From NCBI GenBank assembly GCA_002450975.1, contig DKAX01000094.1:2735-66734 (forward strand): a stretch of DNA of 64,000 bases, read 5' to 3'. A program made the position numbers and the translations under genes. Positions 1 to 8,839 of the stretch are shown here, in pieces. A model generated the notes under the pieces. It was not told where the DNA came from, made no database searches, and saw only the letters and a list, made by a program, of their open reading frames with translations. Within the stretch, counting starts at the first letter, position 1; every line of letters starts with the position of its first letter. This DNA is from Proteobacteria bacterium UBA6915 (GTDB lineage: Bacteria > Pseudomonadota > Gammaproteobacteria > UBA6915).

Positions 1-214
1 AGTCCGGGTTTTCCAGCTCATGCTCGATGCGGCTGACAATGGCCTGGGTGGTGGCCAGATTGCCGGAGGTCAGGACCACAAACATACGGTCCGGTCTCGA
101 ATTGAAGATGTGCATCTTGCTGTGGGAATACAACATATCGGCACCGGCATTGGTGCGCGAATCGGAGCAAAATACCAACCCGTTGTCAGTGGAAACGGCT
201 ACGCAATAGGTCAT
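1..214 (-). CDS. Proteasome-type (Anbu/COG3484-like) Ntn-hydrolase peptidase; only the N-terminal 71 codons are present and the gene runs off the left edge
   Basis: Absent from the ORF track because it is open at the window edge. My minus-strand translation from ATG at 214 reads MTYCVAVSTDNGLVFCSDSRTNAGADMLYSHSKMHIFNSRPDRMFVVLTSGNLATTQAIVSRIEHELENPD. The Met-Thr N-terminus and strand pattern are typical of bacterial proteasome-beta-like peptidases. Confidence 0.6.
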   Translation of the reverse strand, partial: MTYCVAVSTDNGLVFCSDSRTNAGADMLYSHSKMHIFNSRPDRMFVVLTSGNLATTQAIVSRIEHELENPD

Positions 215-415
215 ATCAACTCTGCTTATTACCAGGTTAAACGTGCAACGATTGTAGCTGAAATTCATAATCCGCGTGCGAGGATTATTGGCCAATATCC
301 GTGTCCTGGCCAGGCAAAACAGGGCTTGCTGCTAAATAACTTGTTGACTACGCAGGACTTATACTGCCCGTTGTGCCTTTGTATTCAGGTGATAAGATCT
401 GCCAGGACGGTGGGT

Positions 416-898
416 TTAGTACCGCCCCCCGGACTTATTGATGTAATTGGAGAGCTGCTGGGTCTCCACATTCATGCGCATCAGGTTACGGTGGGTCAGG
501 CGGAACAGGCCACGCATGACCTTGTAAACGATGCCTGGGTGCTCGCCGAGCAGGGATTCGAAGTCTTTCGGTGCCATGGTATAGACCGTGGTGTCGCCGA
601 CAGCGCGCAGGGTGGCGCGACGCGGGGCCAGGTCGACGAAGGCGCGGGTACCGGCACATTCGCCGATCTTCATGGTGTAGACAGTGGTTTCCTGCCCGCC
701 GATTACGCTACTGACTTCCAGCTTGCCGGCAGTGAGGATAAACAGGTGGTTGTCATCCTCGCCCTCTTTGACCAGGACGTCGCCATCCTTGAGTTCGCGC
801 ACCTTCATGATAGTGGTCAGGACCTGGCATTCGTTACGCTCCAGCTCCTGCCCCAATGAAGAATCGACTATGGCTTCGCATTTTGGTTTTTGACTCAT
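416..898 (-). CDS. Stand-alone cyclic-nucleotide-binding domain protein
   Basis: 160-aa ORF with a cNMP-binding beta-barrel pattern (GDVLVKEGEDDNHLFILTAGKLEV). The phosphate-binding-cassette-like stretch IGECAGTRAFVDLAPRRATLRAV is present. No HTH output domain. Confidence 0.75.
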   Translation of the reverse strand: MSQKPKCEAIVDSSLGQELERNECQVLTTIMKVRELKDGDVLVKEGEDDNHLFILTAGKLEVSSVIGGQETTVYTMKIGECAGTRAFVDLAPRRATLRAVGDTTVYTMAPKDFESLLGEHPGIVYKVMRGLFRLTHRNLMRMNVETQQLSNYINKSGGRY

Positions 899-983
899 CG
901 ATCGTCCCCCGCTCTCTGTCTGTTATTTTGTCACAGTATATGCGCTGAACGACGATGCGCCACCCCCAGATTGGGGGTGTTTT

Positions 984-1733
984 TCAATGGGGAATCCTGG
1001 CCCGTAGCGACTCTTTGTCAAACCACCATTCGCCGGCGGGTACGACCGCATCAAGCACCTGCGCCAGGCGCGGCAGGAACTTGGCCGGTTCCTTGAGTCC
1101 CATGCGCTCCATCCAGAAGTCGAGCAGTTCCTGGCTGTCGGCCTGACTGTGCCCCTTGGCCACCTCGGCGATCAGATTGGTGGTCATGAAATTGAGGTTG
1201 TCGAAGTCGTCGTCACTGGCGCGCAGGCTGACTATATAGTGGGCGGTGGCCGCAGCCACAGCACGGCCATCGGATTTGGCCGGCATCTCGTTGATCAAAT
1301 CATTGAGCAGTGTCACCGATTGGTCGGGCGCCACAGGGAAGGTGACCGACAGCCAGACGCCGTGAGCCAGGGCCTTTATCGATTCCGGTTGCTCGGCGTT
1401 GTAGAGCAGGTCGCAGGCGTCCACCGCCTCGGACCAGTGCTCGCCAGCCAGGAATATATCCAGTGCTGTGCGTGCGGGTGCCCACATGTCGGCCTTGCGC
1501 TCCAGGCCTTGCAGGCTTTGCGCCTGTTCCAGCAATAGTCCGGCGTATTCCGGTGAATCGGTATCGCCAGTGAAGGCGCTGAGGCGTTGTTCGACATTGC
1601 GCAGCTTTTCCTGGAAATAGGCCTGCGTGTCTTCGCTGCTGTCCATGCCCAGGACATCATTCAGTTTGTTGATTTCATCGTTCATGGTTGGTGTTGTCTG
1701 TCTAAGTTGAATTATGTGTTGTTGACCACTCAT
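984..1733 (-). CDS. Hypothetical acidic helical protein
   Basis: 249-aa ORF with an ATGA start/stop overlap with the upstream TPR gene. An alternative ATG lies at 1685 (MNDEINK...). No family recognised. Confidence 0.55.
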   Translation of the reverse strand: MSGQQHIIQLRQTTPTMNDEINKLNDVLGMDSSEDTQAYFQEKLRNVEQRLSAFTGDTDSPEYAGLLLEQAQSLQGLERKADMWAPARTALDIFLAGEHWSEAVDACDLLYNAEQPESIKALAHGVWLSVTFPVAPDQSVTLLNDLINEMPAKSDGRAVAAATAHYIVSLRASDDDFDNLNFMTTNLIAEVAKGHSQADSQELLDFWMERMGLKEPAKFLPRLAQVLDAVVPAGEWWFDKESLRARIPH

Positions 1734-2107
1734 GGCTGCGGGTTGTCGAGCTGTTCGACCAGTGCCAGGTATTGCCTGATGGTCTCTTTCTCTTTTTCAT
1801 GATCGGCATGTTGCATAAAGCGCTTGATCTCTTCCAGGGCCTCTTCCGTGCGTTGCTGTTTCCACAAGGTATTGAACAGGGCAATGGAGAACTGGCCGCG
1901 TCCCGGTTCGATCAGAATCAGGCGCTCGAAGGCCATCTCCGCCTCGGCATACATAGCGGCGTTAAAATAGGCACCGCCCAGCATCATCAGTGCCGCCTCG
2001 TTGTCCGGTTCCTGCTGAAGCAGTTGCAACAGCACCAGGCGCGCCTGTTCATCCCTGCCCGACTGCAACAGGCTGCGCGCCTCTTGTAGGGTTTGCTCGG
2101 TGGTCAT
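1730..2107 (-). CDS. Tetratricopeptide (TPR) repeat protein
   Basis: 125 aa with TPR-like helical repeats (LLQQEPDNEAALMMLGGAYFNAAMYAEAEMAFERLILIEPGRGQ). It begins 7 nt after the epimerase stop. Confidence 0.65.
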   Translation of the reverse strand: MTTEQTLQEARSLLQSGRDEQARLVLLQLLQQEPDNEAALMMLGGAYFNAAMYAEAEMAFERLILIEPGRGQFSIALFNTLWKQQRTEEALEEIKRFMQHADHEKEKETIRQYLALVEQLDNPQP

Positions 2108-2114
2108 GTCCGGT

Positions 2115-3167
2115 CTAGCGACGGCTGCTCAGGTCGTCGACATACCATTCCATGGCCTCGTTGATGCCGTCGCCGATTTTGTGGCTAGGTGCATAGCCGA
2201 GCAGACGCTGCGCCTTGCCAATGTCGGCTTGGGAGTGACGCACATCGCCGGCACGAAAGTCGCGATAGGTCGGGCGCGCCTGTTTGGTGTCGGGGCGCAG
2301 TTCGACGATGCGTTGCATTAACTTGTCGTAGAGATCGTTGAGGGTGGTGCGTTCGCCGACGGCGACGTTGTAGACCTGATCCCTGGCCTCCTCGTTGTCC
2401 GTGGTGGCGGCCAACAGATTCATCTGTACGGTGTTGTCGATGTAGCAGAAGTCGCGGCTGGTTTCACCATCACCGTTGACGAAGACCTCGTCACCGTCGA
2501 GGATGGCAGCCACCCATTTGGGGATAACCGCGGCGTAGGCGCCGTCGGGGTCCTGGCGCTTGCCGAAGACATTGAAGTAGCGCAGGCCGACAGTCTTAAA
2601 GCCGTAGCTGCGGGCGAATACGCCGGCATAGAGTTCGTTGACGTACTTGGTGACGGCGTAGGGACTGAGGGGGTTGCCGATCTTGTCTTCGAATTTGGGC
2701 AGACCGGGGTGGTCGCCATAGGTGGAACTGGAGGCGGCGTAGACAAAGCTCTTGACCTTGGCGTCACGTGCGGCGACCAGCATATTCAAAAAGCCGTCGA
2801 TATTGCACTGATTGGTGGTGATGGGGTCGTCGATGGAGCGTGGTACCGAACCCAGGGCCGCCTGGTGTAAGACGAAGTCGACACCGTTGCAGGCCGTCTG
2901 GCAGGTTGCCAGGTCGCGGATATCGCCTTCGATAAAGTGAAAATTGCTGTGTAGATTGTTGTCACCTGTCGCGCTGGAGGCATCGCTGACAGCCATGTCC
3001 AGGTTGCGCTGATAGCCGGTGGCAAAGTTATCCAGGCCCACTACCTTTTGTTTCAGTTTGAGTAACTCTTCCACCAGGTTGGAGCCGATGAAGCCGGCGG
3101 CGCCGGTGACAAGCCAGGTGTATTGTTTGCTCTGTAATTGGGATTTCAGTTGGGCATATCGGTTCAT
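2115..3167 (-). CDS. NAD-dependent SDR epimerase, WbpP/TviC-type UDP-GlcNAc(A) C4-epimerase family
   Basis: The track ORF is 2115..3377, but the ATG at 3167 is preceded by AAGGAG (rc of 3171-3180). From there it reads MNRYAQL...[14 protein letters not shown] (GxxGxxG). A YxxxK motif ([11 protein letters not shown]) is present. The full length resembles WbpP as I recall it. Confidence 0.85.
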   Translation of the reverse strand: MNRYAQLKSQLQSKQYTWLVTGAAGFIGSNLVEELLKLKQKVVGLDNFATGYQRNLDMAVSDASSATGDNNLHSNFHFIEGDIRDLATCQTACNGVDFVLHQAALGSVPRSIDDPITTNQCNIDGFLNMLVAARDAKVKSFVYAASSSTYGDHPGLPKFEDKIGNPLSPYAVTKYVNELYAGVFARSYGFKTVGLRYFNVFGKRQDPDGAYAAVIPKWVAAILDGDEVFVNGDGETSRDFCYIDNTVQMNLLAATTDNEEARDQVYNVAVGERTTLNDLYDKLMQRIVELRPDTKQARPTYRDFRAGDVRHSQADIGKAQRLLGYAPSHKIGDGINEAMEWYVDDLSSRR

Positions 3168-3261
3168 GTAACCACTCCTTAATGGACGAATCTCCTGATG
3201 TATTCCTGTCCGGTTGACTGGCACAGGCCAGGCACCTGGCTGGGCTGGCCATAGTAGCACA

Positions 3262-3270
3262 GGGGGGGGG
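3262..3270. repeat. Homopolymeric G9 tract (C9 on the gene strand) upstream of the epimerase operon
   Basis: Read directly: a followed by 9 g at 3261-3270. It lies about 95-103 nt upstream of the ATG at 3167. Confidence 0.9.
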
Positions 3271-3404
3271 ATTTGCAGACACCGCGGGCGGTGGATGGCA
3301 AGTCGGGAATTGGTATCCACTTGTTTTGTCGAAATTTTGAGTGTGTAGGGAATTGGACTTTTTGCTGGACGGGGCACGTTTGCCGCACCCCGTCGTAGCC
3401 TGAC

Positions 3405-4217
3405 TTAGAAGGTCGCCCCTACTTTCAGTCCATACATGTTTATCCTGGCAAAATCGATTTCCGCCGCAATGCTGAGGTGTTTCCAATGCATTTGGCTGCC
3501 GATGATCGCCTCGGCTGACAGATAGCTTTCGTCTGCCAGATCGACTTTGCTGGTGACCTCTTTGGCAATCGAGTAGAGACCGGCAATGCCCGCATAAGGG
3601 GTGAACATCCCCAGCCTTTTAGCAACCAACAAGTCCACGGCTACCTGGTAGTAATCGAGATCCGCTACACCGGTGAGCATAACGGTACTGAGCCGTGTGG
3701 CGCCGTAGACTGCTCTCCCCGGGTCATGAAAAAAGGCGTATTTGACGTCCACTCCGCTCCAGCCGTAGTTGGCCTCGAAATTATTGGTGTAAATGATTCC
3801 GGCCTCCAGTTTGTCGTCAATGCCGTAGCGCGCGGTCACAACCGGGACTTCCAGGCGATGGTCATCGCCAACCAGCCAGTGGGTATCGTATGGATGACTG
3901 AAGGTGTTGTTCCATGAATCGTTGTAGTCTTTCAAGGGGGACGTCAAGGAGGACTCCATGGCAATATCAAATTTACCTTTACCGAGCGGCATTGCACCGT
4001 TAGTGGGACGAAAGTACACAATGGAAGCGACGTCTCGGGTGAAAGTGCGCCACTGCGCCTGCGTCAACGAAGGATCGATGACCATGGCGCACTCGTCCCA
4101 TTTGTCATTGGTGTGCAAAACAACTTCATGGTCGCCGCTGTGATGGGCAAAGCTGGTGGCAGGCGTTGTGAAAAAGAACAGGCAGAAAAAACTTACAAAG
4201 CATCGATTGCGTTTCAT
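3405..4217 (-). CDS. Outer-membrane beta-barrel protein (family unassigned)
   Basis: ATG at 4217 is preceded by AAGGAG. Signal peptide MKRNRCFVSFFCLFFFTTPATSFA. Alternating strand pattern with C-terminal ...GLKVGATF (terminal Phe). Confidence 0.7.
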   Translation of the reverse strand: MKRNRCFVSFFCLFFFTTPATSFAHHSGDHEVVLHTNDKWDECAMVIDPSLTQAQWRTFTRDVASIVYFRPTNGAMPLGKGKFDIAMESSLTSPLKDYNDSWNNTFSHPYDTHWLVGDDHRLEVPVVTARYGIDDKLEAGIIYTNNFEANYGWSGVDVKYAFFHDPGRAVYGATRLSTVMLTGVADLDYYQVAVDLLVAKRLGMFTPYAGIAGLYSIAKEVTSKVDLADESYLSAEAIIGSQMHWKHLSIAAEIDFARINMYGLKVGATF

Positions 4218-4460
4218 TTTGTAGCTCCTTTGTGATCGTCGATCACTACAAAAACGCATACCCTACTTAACAAGAATCTTCTATGGATTGTAGGCAAGAG
4301 AATTTATTACCAAAGTCACAGGCCAACCTGGAGTTAACCTGCACAGCTTATGTGTATACCTGCGTATGGTGAAAAGCAATAGGGATTGATGGGCCGGTGG
4401 AATTAATTTATTAGTTTTAATTGCCGTTGGGGCAGGTGCTGAGTTGACTGTTGGGTTTGG

Positions 4461-4832
4461 TCAGGCCTTGTTGTTTTTATCCAGCAAGGCCTTGAGATCG
4501 GCGAAGGGGTTGTGGGTGGCGGTGTTGGATTTCTTTCCGTTAGTCGAGCTGTATCCCTGCTGCGCCTCCAGCTGGCGCTGGTGTTCGTTGTCGTGACAAT
4601 AGAGACAAAGCAGCTCCCAGTTGCTGCCGTCGGCGGGGTTGTTGTCGTGATCGTGGTCGCGGTGGTGGACGGTCAATTCCGTCAGATTGGCGCGATTGAA
4701 CTCGCGACCGCAACGTCCACAGATGTGCGGATACATCTTTAACGCCTGCTCGCGATAGCCTTGCTCGCGTTTCTTCTGCGTCTGCAGTGAGTCACGCACA
4801 ATTTTATCGAGTTTATCCTGGTCCATGGCCAT
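4461..4832 (-). CDS. yajD: HNH endonuclease YajD
   Basis: 123 aa. CGRCGREF...LTVHHRDHDHDNNPADGSNWELLCLYCHDNEH...NPFADLKALL matches E. coli YajD motif for motif, from memory. Confidence 0.9.
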   Translation of the reverse strand: MAMDQDKLDKIVRDSLQTQKKREQGYREQALKMYPHICGRCGREFNRANLTELTVHHRDHDHDNNPADGSNWELLCLYCHDNEHQRQLEAQQGYSSTNGKKSNTATHNPFADLKALLDKNNKA

Positions 4833-4846
4833 TAAAACGGATGTGC

Positions 4847-5320
4847 CTAGTTGGGTACAACGGAAAACTTGCCGGCCTCCACCGACACCACGCGTACCGT
4901 GGAACCGGCAGCGATGGAGGGTTCGGGGCAGTCGAGGTCGATCTCCACGCGCCAGTCGATACCGGAGTAGCGGGTGGTGCCGGGCTGGCTGGTGGTAATT
5001 GTCTGATCCAGGCGGAATTTATAGCCGATCAGGTCGCTGGAGTTGTCCTTGGTTACCGGGTTGGCCTCCTGTAACTTCTTCAACGGTTTCCACAACAGGG
5101 CGGATATGACCGCCGCGCTGACGCCGAAGAAGGCGATACTGGCGGTCCAGGTGGTGGGCAAAACGCCAAACCAGAGCAGGCCGCCGGTCAGCAGGGCGCC
5201 CAGGCCGATGAACAGGACGAAACCGGTGGAGAAACCCAGGGCGACAGCCTCAATGGCCAGCAGCAGAAAGCCGACGCCGAACCAAAAGGAATGCATGTGT
5301 TGGTTGAAGTAGTCGATCAT
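4847..5320 (-). CDS. NfeD-family membrane protein
   Basis: 157 aa with N-terminal TM helices and a C-terminal soluble NfeD-like domain. It begins 14 nt downstream of the SPFH gene, the classic SPFH-NfeD pairing. Confidence 0.75.
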   Translation of the reverse strand: MIDYFNQHMHSFWFGVGFLLLAIEAVALGFSTGFVLFIGLGALLTGGLLWFGVLPTTWTASIAFFGVSAAVISALLWKPLKKLQEANPVTKDNSSDLIGYKFRLDQTITTSQPGTTRYSGIDWRVEIDLDCPEPSIAAGSTVRVVSVEAGKFSVVPN

Positions 5321-5334
5321 GCTGCTCTACCCCC

Positions 5335-6297
5335 TCAAGCGTCGAAGGCCTTGCTCTGGTTCATGGCGCTGACAATGGCCACCGCCTCGGCCACGGTGCT
5401 GCCGGCCTCGCTGGATTTACCGTCCATCAGGACGACGGTGGAGTCCTTGGCAATGGCCCGTTTGGCCTCGATGGCCAGGGTGGCCAGATCCAGCTGCACC
5501 GCCTTTTGTCCCTGGTGGGTGGCGGCCGCCTCGCCCACGGTGTGCAAGGCCTTGGCCTTGGCATCGGCAATCATCTCGATGGCGCGAGCCTCGCCTTCGG
5601 CTTTGAGAATCTGTTCGGCCTTGTCCGCCTCGGCGGCCAGCACCTTGGCCTGCTTGTTACCCTCGGCGACGTTGATGGCCGATTGGCGCTCGCCTTCCGA
5701 TTCCAGGATGGTGGCGCGCTTGTCGCGCTCCGCCTTCATCTGGCGCTCCATGGCCTCGAGTACGCTGCGCGGCGGTTCGATATCCTTGATCTCGTAGCGC
5801 AGTACCTGCACACCCCAGGGAGCGGAGGCCTCATTGATGGCGTTGACGATGGCGACGTTGAGGGTGTCGCGTTCTTCGAAGGTCTTGTCCAGATCAATCT
5901 TGCCGATTTCGGAGCGCATGGTGGTCTGGGCGAGCTGGGTTACACCAAACACGTAGTCTTCTATACCGTAGCTGGCCTTGTAGGGGTCGATCACCTTGAG
6001 ATAGAGCACGCCGTCCACGGTCAGGCCGATGTTGTCCTTGGTGATGGCCGACTGGCTTGGCACATCGATGGCCTGTTCTTTCAGTGTGCGGTAATAGGCG
6101 ACCTTATCGATAAAGGGAATGATGAAGTTGAGTCCGGCTACCTTGGTGGCGTTGTATTTACCGAAGCGTTCGATTACGTAGGCCGTATTTTGCGGCACCA
6201 TCTTGATGGATGTCTTGAGTAGCAGGATGGCAATGACCGCTAGGCCTGTCCAGAAATTGAACAGCAGACCTAATAAACTTCCATTATCCATGAACAT
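5335..6297 (-). CDS. SPFH/band-7 (stomatin-like, QmcA-type) protein
   Basis: 320 aa with an N-terminal TM anchor. SPFH core motifs are present (IDVPSQSAITKDNIGLTVDGVLYLKVIDP, RSEIGKIDLDKTFEERD), followed by an Ala/Glu-rich coiled coil. Confidence 0.88.
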   Translation of the reverse strand: MFMDNGSLLGLLFNFWTGLAVIAILLLKTSIKMVPQNTAYVIERFGKYNATKVAGLNFIIPFIDKVAYYRTLKEQAIDVPSQSAITKDNIGLTVDGVLYLKVIDPYKASYGIEDYVFGVTQLAQTTMRSEIGKIDLDKTFEERDTLNVAIVNAINEASAPWGVQVLRYEIKDIEPPRSVLEAMERQMKAERDKRATILESEGERQSAINVAEGNKQAKVLAAEADKAEQILKAEGEARAIEMIADAKAKALHTVGEAAATHQGQKAVQLDLATLAIEAKRAIAKDSTVVLMDGKSSEAGSTVAEAVAIVSAMNQSKAFDA

Positions 6298-6515
6298 TGC
6301 GTGCTCCTTTATCGGTAAGCAAATTGTTTGTTTTTGTGCGTCTGGATTTATTGGTTTCGTAATGCGTATGCCGGGCTATAGCATACAGAATTTGCAGGCG
6401 AAGTCACGCATTGAATAGAAGGTGTTGCAGGCCGCTCTCGCATGGGTAGAGGCGCTTGCACCGTCATAGGTGCAGCGCCTGTCAGGGTGAATGGCAAGAA
6501 TGATTTATGTATTTG

Positions 6516-7646
6516 TCAGGCTACTGCACCAAACACATCAAGAAAATTGATACGGATGGGCAGCTTGGGATGGTAAATACCACGTATCGCATAGGTCTCG
6601 TTGCCGGTGTCTCTGGCCAAGGGGACAGAATAGGGTTTTCCATCCCTCTGGATTAATGACATGACGGCATAATTTCCGAGTTTGTTGGCCCGGCTGGTGA
6701 CCACGCCAATCTCGTTACAGGCCAACTTTACGATGGAGCCTGGCGGTGGAATACCGATCTCCTTGATGAAATGTTTTGAGATCTCTTGATCAATATCCGT
6801 GCTGCCTTTGGTGAGTAACTCCTTGAGTGCATCCATGGGGAAAAATTTGTCCCTGTAGGCGCGGGCGTTGATCAGTGCGTGATAGGTGTCGGCCAGGGCG
6901 ATGAGGCGTGCCTCTTCGATAATGTCGTTGCCACGCAGTGCCGCGGGGTAGCCGTCGCCGTTGGCGCGTTCGTGATGTTGTTCAACTGCCTTCAGCCAGG
7001 TCGTGGATTCGATGCCGGCGTATTTCAGTAACTCAACAGATCGCGTTGGGTGTTTGTGAATTTCTGCTCTTTGTTCCAGGGTCAGCGGCGTGGTCTGTTG
7101 TTCTATCGTTTTAGCGATGGGCAACATACCGACGTTGGCTGTGAGGTTGGCGCAACATAACTCGCGACGACGGTTTTTGTCGTAGTCCAGGCGTTTGGCG
7201 ACGATGTCGCAGATGATGGCGCAGTCCACGGCGTGGCGGTAAAAATAGTCGCCGCTCTTGTCCAGGTGCACGGCGCCGAGGATGGCGTCGATATTGTTTT
7301 CATTCAGCTTCATAATGTCTTTGGCCAGGTTGGCGAGATTGGAAGGGATGAAGTTGAATTCATTTTTGTTGCCCTGGTAAAAGCTGAGCAGGGTTTTTTG
7401 CAGACGGGCGCTGAACTGCTGGACGTGTGACAGGGCACTTACCCCGCCCAACAGGATTCTTTCCAGCTCCTCATCGCTCATTTCGTCATTTTGATAAAGC
7501 CCTTCTGCCAGCTTTTGCGCGAAGTCATGTTCGGCTGCCGGGCGGGTGCCGCGTCTGTAGACCAATTGTCCATTGATATCAAACAGGGGCCACGCCAACG
7601 GCGAGTGTATGTGTACATTGTTTCTTGTGATCTTCTTCCACGCCAT
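6516..7646 (-). CDS. HD-GYP domain protein (putative c-di-GMP phosphodiesterase)
   Basis: 376 aa with the signature HHERANGDGYP. The N-terminal domain is unassigned. Confidence 0.8.
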   Translation of the reverse strand: MAWKKITRNNVHIHSPLAWPLFDINGQLVYRRGTRPAAEHDFAQKLAEGLYQNDEMSDEELERILLGGVSALSHVQQFSARLQKTLLSFYQGNKNEFNFIPSNLANLAKDIMKLNENNIDAILGAVHLDKSGDYFYRHAVDCAIICDIVAKRLDYDKNRRRELCCANLTANVGMLPIAKTIEQQTTPLTLEQRAEIHKHPTRSVELLKYAGIESTTWLKAVEQHHERANGDGYPAALRGNDIIEEARLIALADTYHALINARAYRDKFFPMDALKELLTKGSTDIDQEISKHFIKEIGIPPPGSIVKLACNEIGVVTSRANKLGNYAVMSLIQRDGKPYSVPLARDTGNETYAIRGIYHPKLPIRINFLDVFGAVA

Positions 7647-7837
7647 TGCCTTGTGCCTTTACACTATCCATTAGTCTGACTATCGGCGTGTCGGGCCTTG
7701 GGTTTTAAATATCAGGAACCGGCTGCGTGGAAAAAAACCACAGGGAAAACAATCGATTGTCTGTGTTGGTAATATGTGACAAATTTTAACTATACGAATG
7801 TATTTCAAATCTTGGTCAATGAGGCAGGTATTAGACA

Positions 7838-8830
7838 TTGAAAATTATAGAGATAATAGCGCCAGCCGAATTTTGTGAAACCATTCATGGGATTGCTCAA
7901 CACTTTGAGGTGCGTAACTACGTGCGCGGCGCCATCGGTGATGACGGCAGATGTACCTCGCGCATGGTGGTGCAGGACGAAAAACGGCAAAAGGTTATGG
8001 ATGCCTTGCAGGGGGCGCTTTCCGGCGCCGAGCAGACCCATATCCTGGTCATCCCCCTGGATGCCGCCCTGCCCCGTTCGACAGAAGAGGATCAGGCGCG
8101 AGAACAGGCCGCGCGTATCGCAACCCGCGAAGAGCTGTATAGCAATGTCTCCCAAGGGTCTAATCTGGATGGCAATTTTCTGTTGCTGGTGTTCTTGTCG
8201 ACCATCGTTGCCGCCATAGGCCTGATTGAAAACAACGTTGCCGTAGTTATCGGTGCTATGGTGATCGCGCCCCTGCTCGGACCCAATATGGCCCTGGCCC
8301 TGGCCACCTCTCTCGGTGATACCGAGTTGATGATCAAATCCTTCAAGAGTCTGCTGGCCGGACTGTTACTGGCCATGGCAATTGCCTATATCACGGCCCT
8401 TGTCTGGCCGGTGGCGCTGGATTCCCACGAGTTGATGTCGCGCACCGAGGTCAAGCTGGACAGTATTGCGCTGGCTTTGGCCTCGGGGGCGGCGGCGGTG
8501 TTGTCGTTGACCACCGGATTGTCCAGCGTGTTGGTCGGTGTGATGGTGGCCGTTGCCTTGCTGCCACCGGCGGTGACCATCGGCCTGATGCTGGGTGCCG
8601 GGCAATACGGCTTGGCGGAAGGGGCCGGGCTTTTGCTGGCGGTGAATATCGTCAGCGTCAATCTCTCCGCCAAGCTGGTACTGCTCTATCGCGGTATCAA
8701 GCCGCGTACCTGGTGGGAAAAGAAACGGGCGCGTATCAATACTGTGCTTTATCTGATTTTCTGGCTGATATCTTTGTTGGTGCTGGGCTACGTGGTCTAT
8801 AGCAAAGGTCAACACCTGTTGGGTGCGTGA
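7838..8830 (+). CDS. DUF389/TIGR00341-like integral membrane protein
   Basis: 330 aa. An N-terminal soluble domain is followed by multiple Gly/Ala-rich TM helices (VIGAMVIAPLLGP...). Confidence 0.6.
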   Translation: MKIIEIIAPAEFCETIHGIAQHFEVRNYVRGAIGDDGRCTSRMVVQDEKRQKVMDALQGALSGAEQTHILVIPLDAALPRSTEEDQAREQAARIATREELYSNVSQGSNLDGNFLLLVFLSTIVAAIGLIENNVAVVIGAMVIAPLLGPNMALALATSLGDTELMIKSFKSLLAGLLLAMAIAYITALVWPVALDSHELMSRTEVKLDSIALALASGAAAVLSLTTGLSSVLVGVMVAVALLPPAVTIGLMLGAGQYGLAEGAGLLLAVNIVSVNLSAKLVLLYRGIKPRTWWEKKRARINTVLYLIFWLISLLVLGYVVYSKGQHLLGA

Positions 8831-8839
8831 GTCTCTTTC

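Noticed and set aside
20-859. 279-aa plus-strand ORF at the left end
   Set aside because: It is antisense to the cNMP-binding gene and to the Anbu fragment. Its composition is low-complexity Gly/Ala/His-rich with no RBS or family resemblance. This is a typical shadow ORF of GC-rich DNA.
961-984. Hairpin CACCCCCA-GAT-TGGGGGTG followed by T5 downstream of the 984..1733 gene
   Set aside because: The T-run is on the plus strand, whereas the neighbouring genes are on the minus strand. On the minus strand no U-tract follows the stem, so I do not call it a terminator.
3168-3377. N-terminal 70-codon extension of the epimerase ORF (track start 3377)
   Set aside because: The extension is Pro/Arg-rich and runs through the C9 tract. 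A strong AAGGAG precedes the internal ATG at 3167, where the Rossmann fold begins.
5506-6222. 238-aa ORF antisense to the SPFH gene
   Set aside because: Shadow ORF with Gly/Leu/His-rich composition. The opposite strand carries a clearly recognisable SPFH protein.
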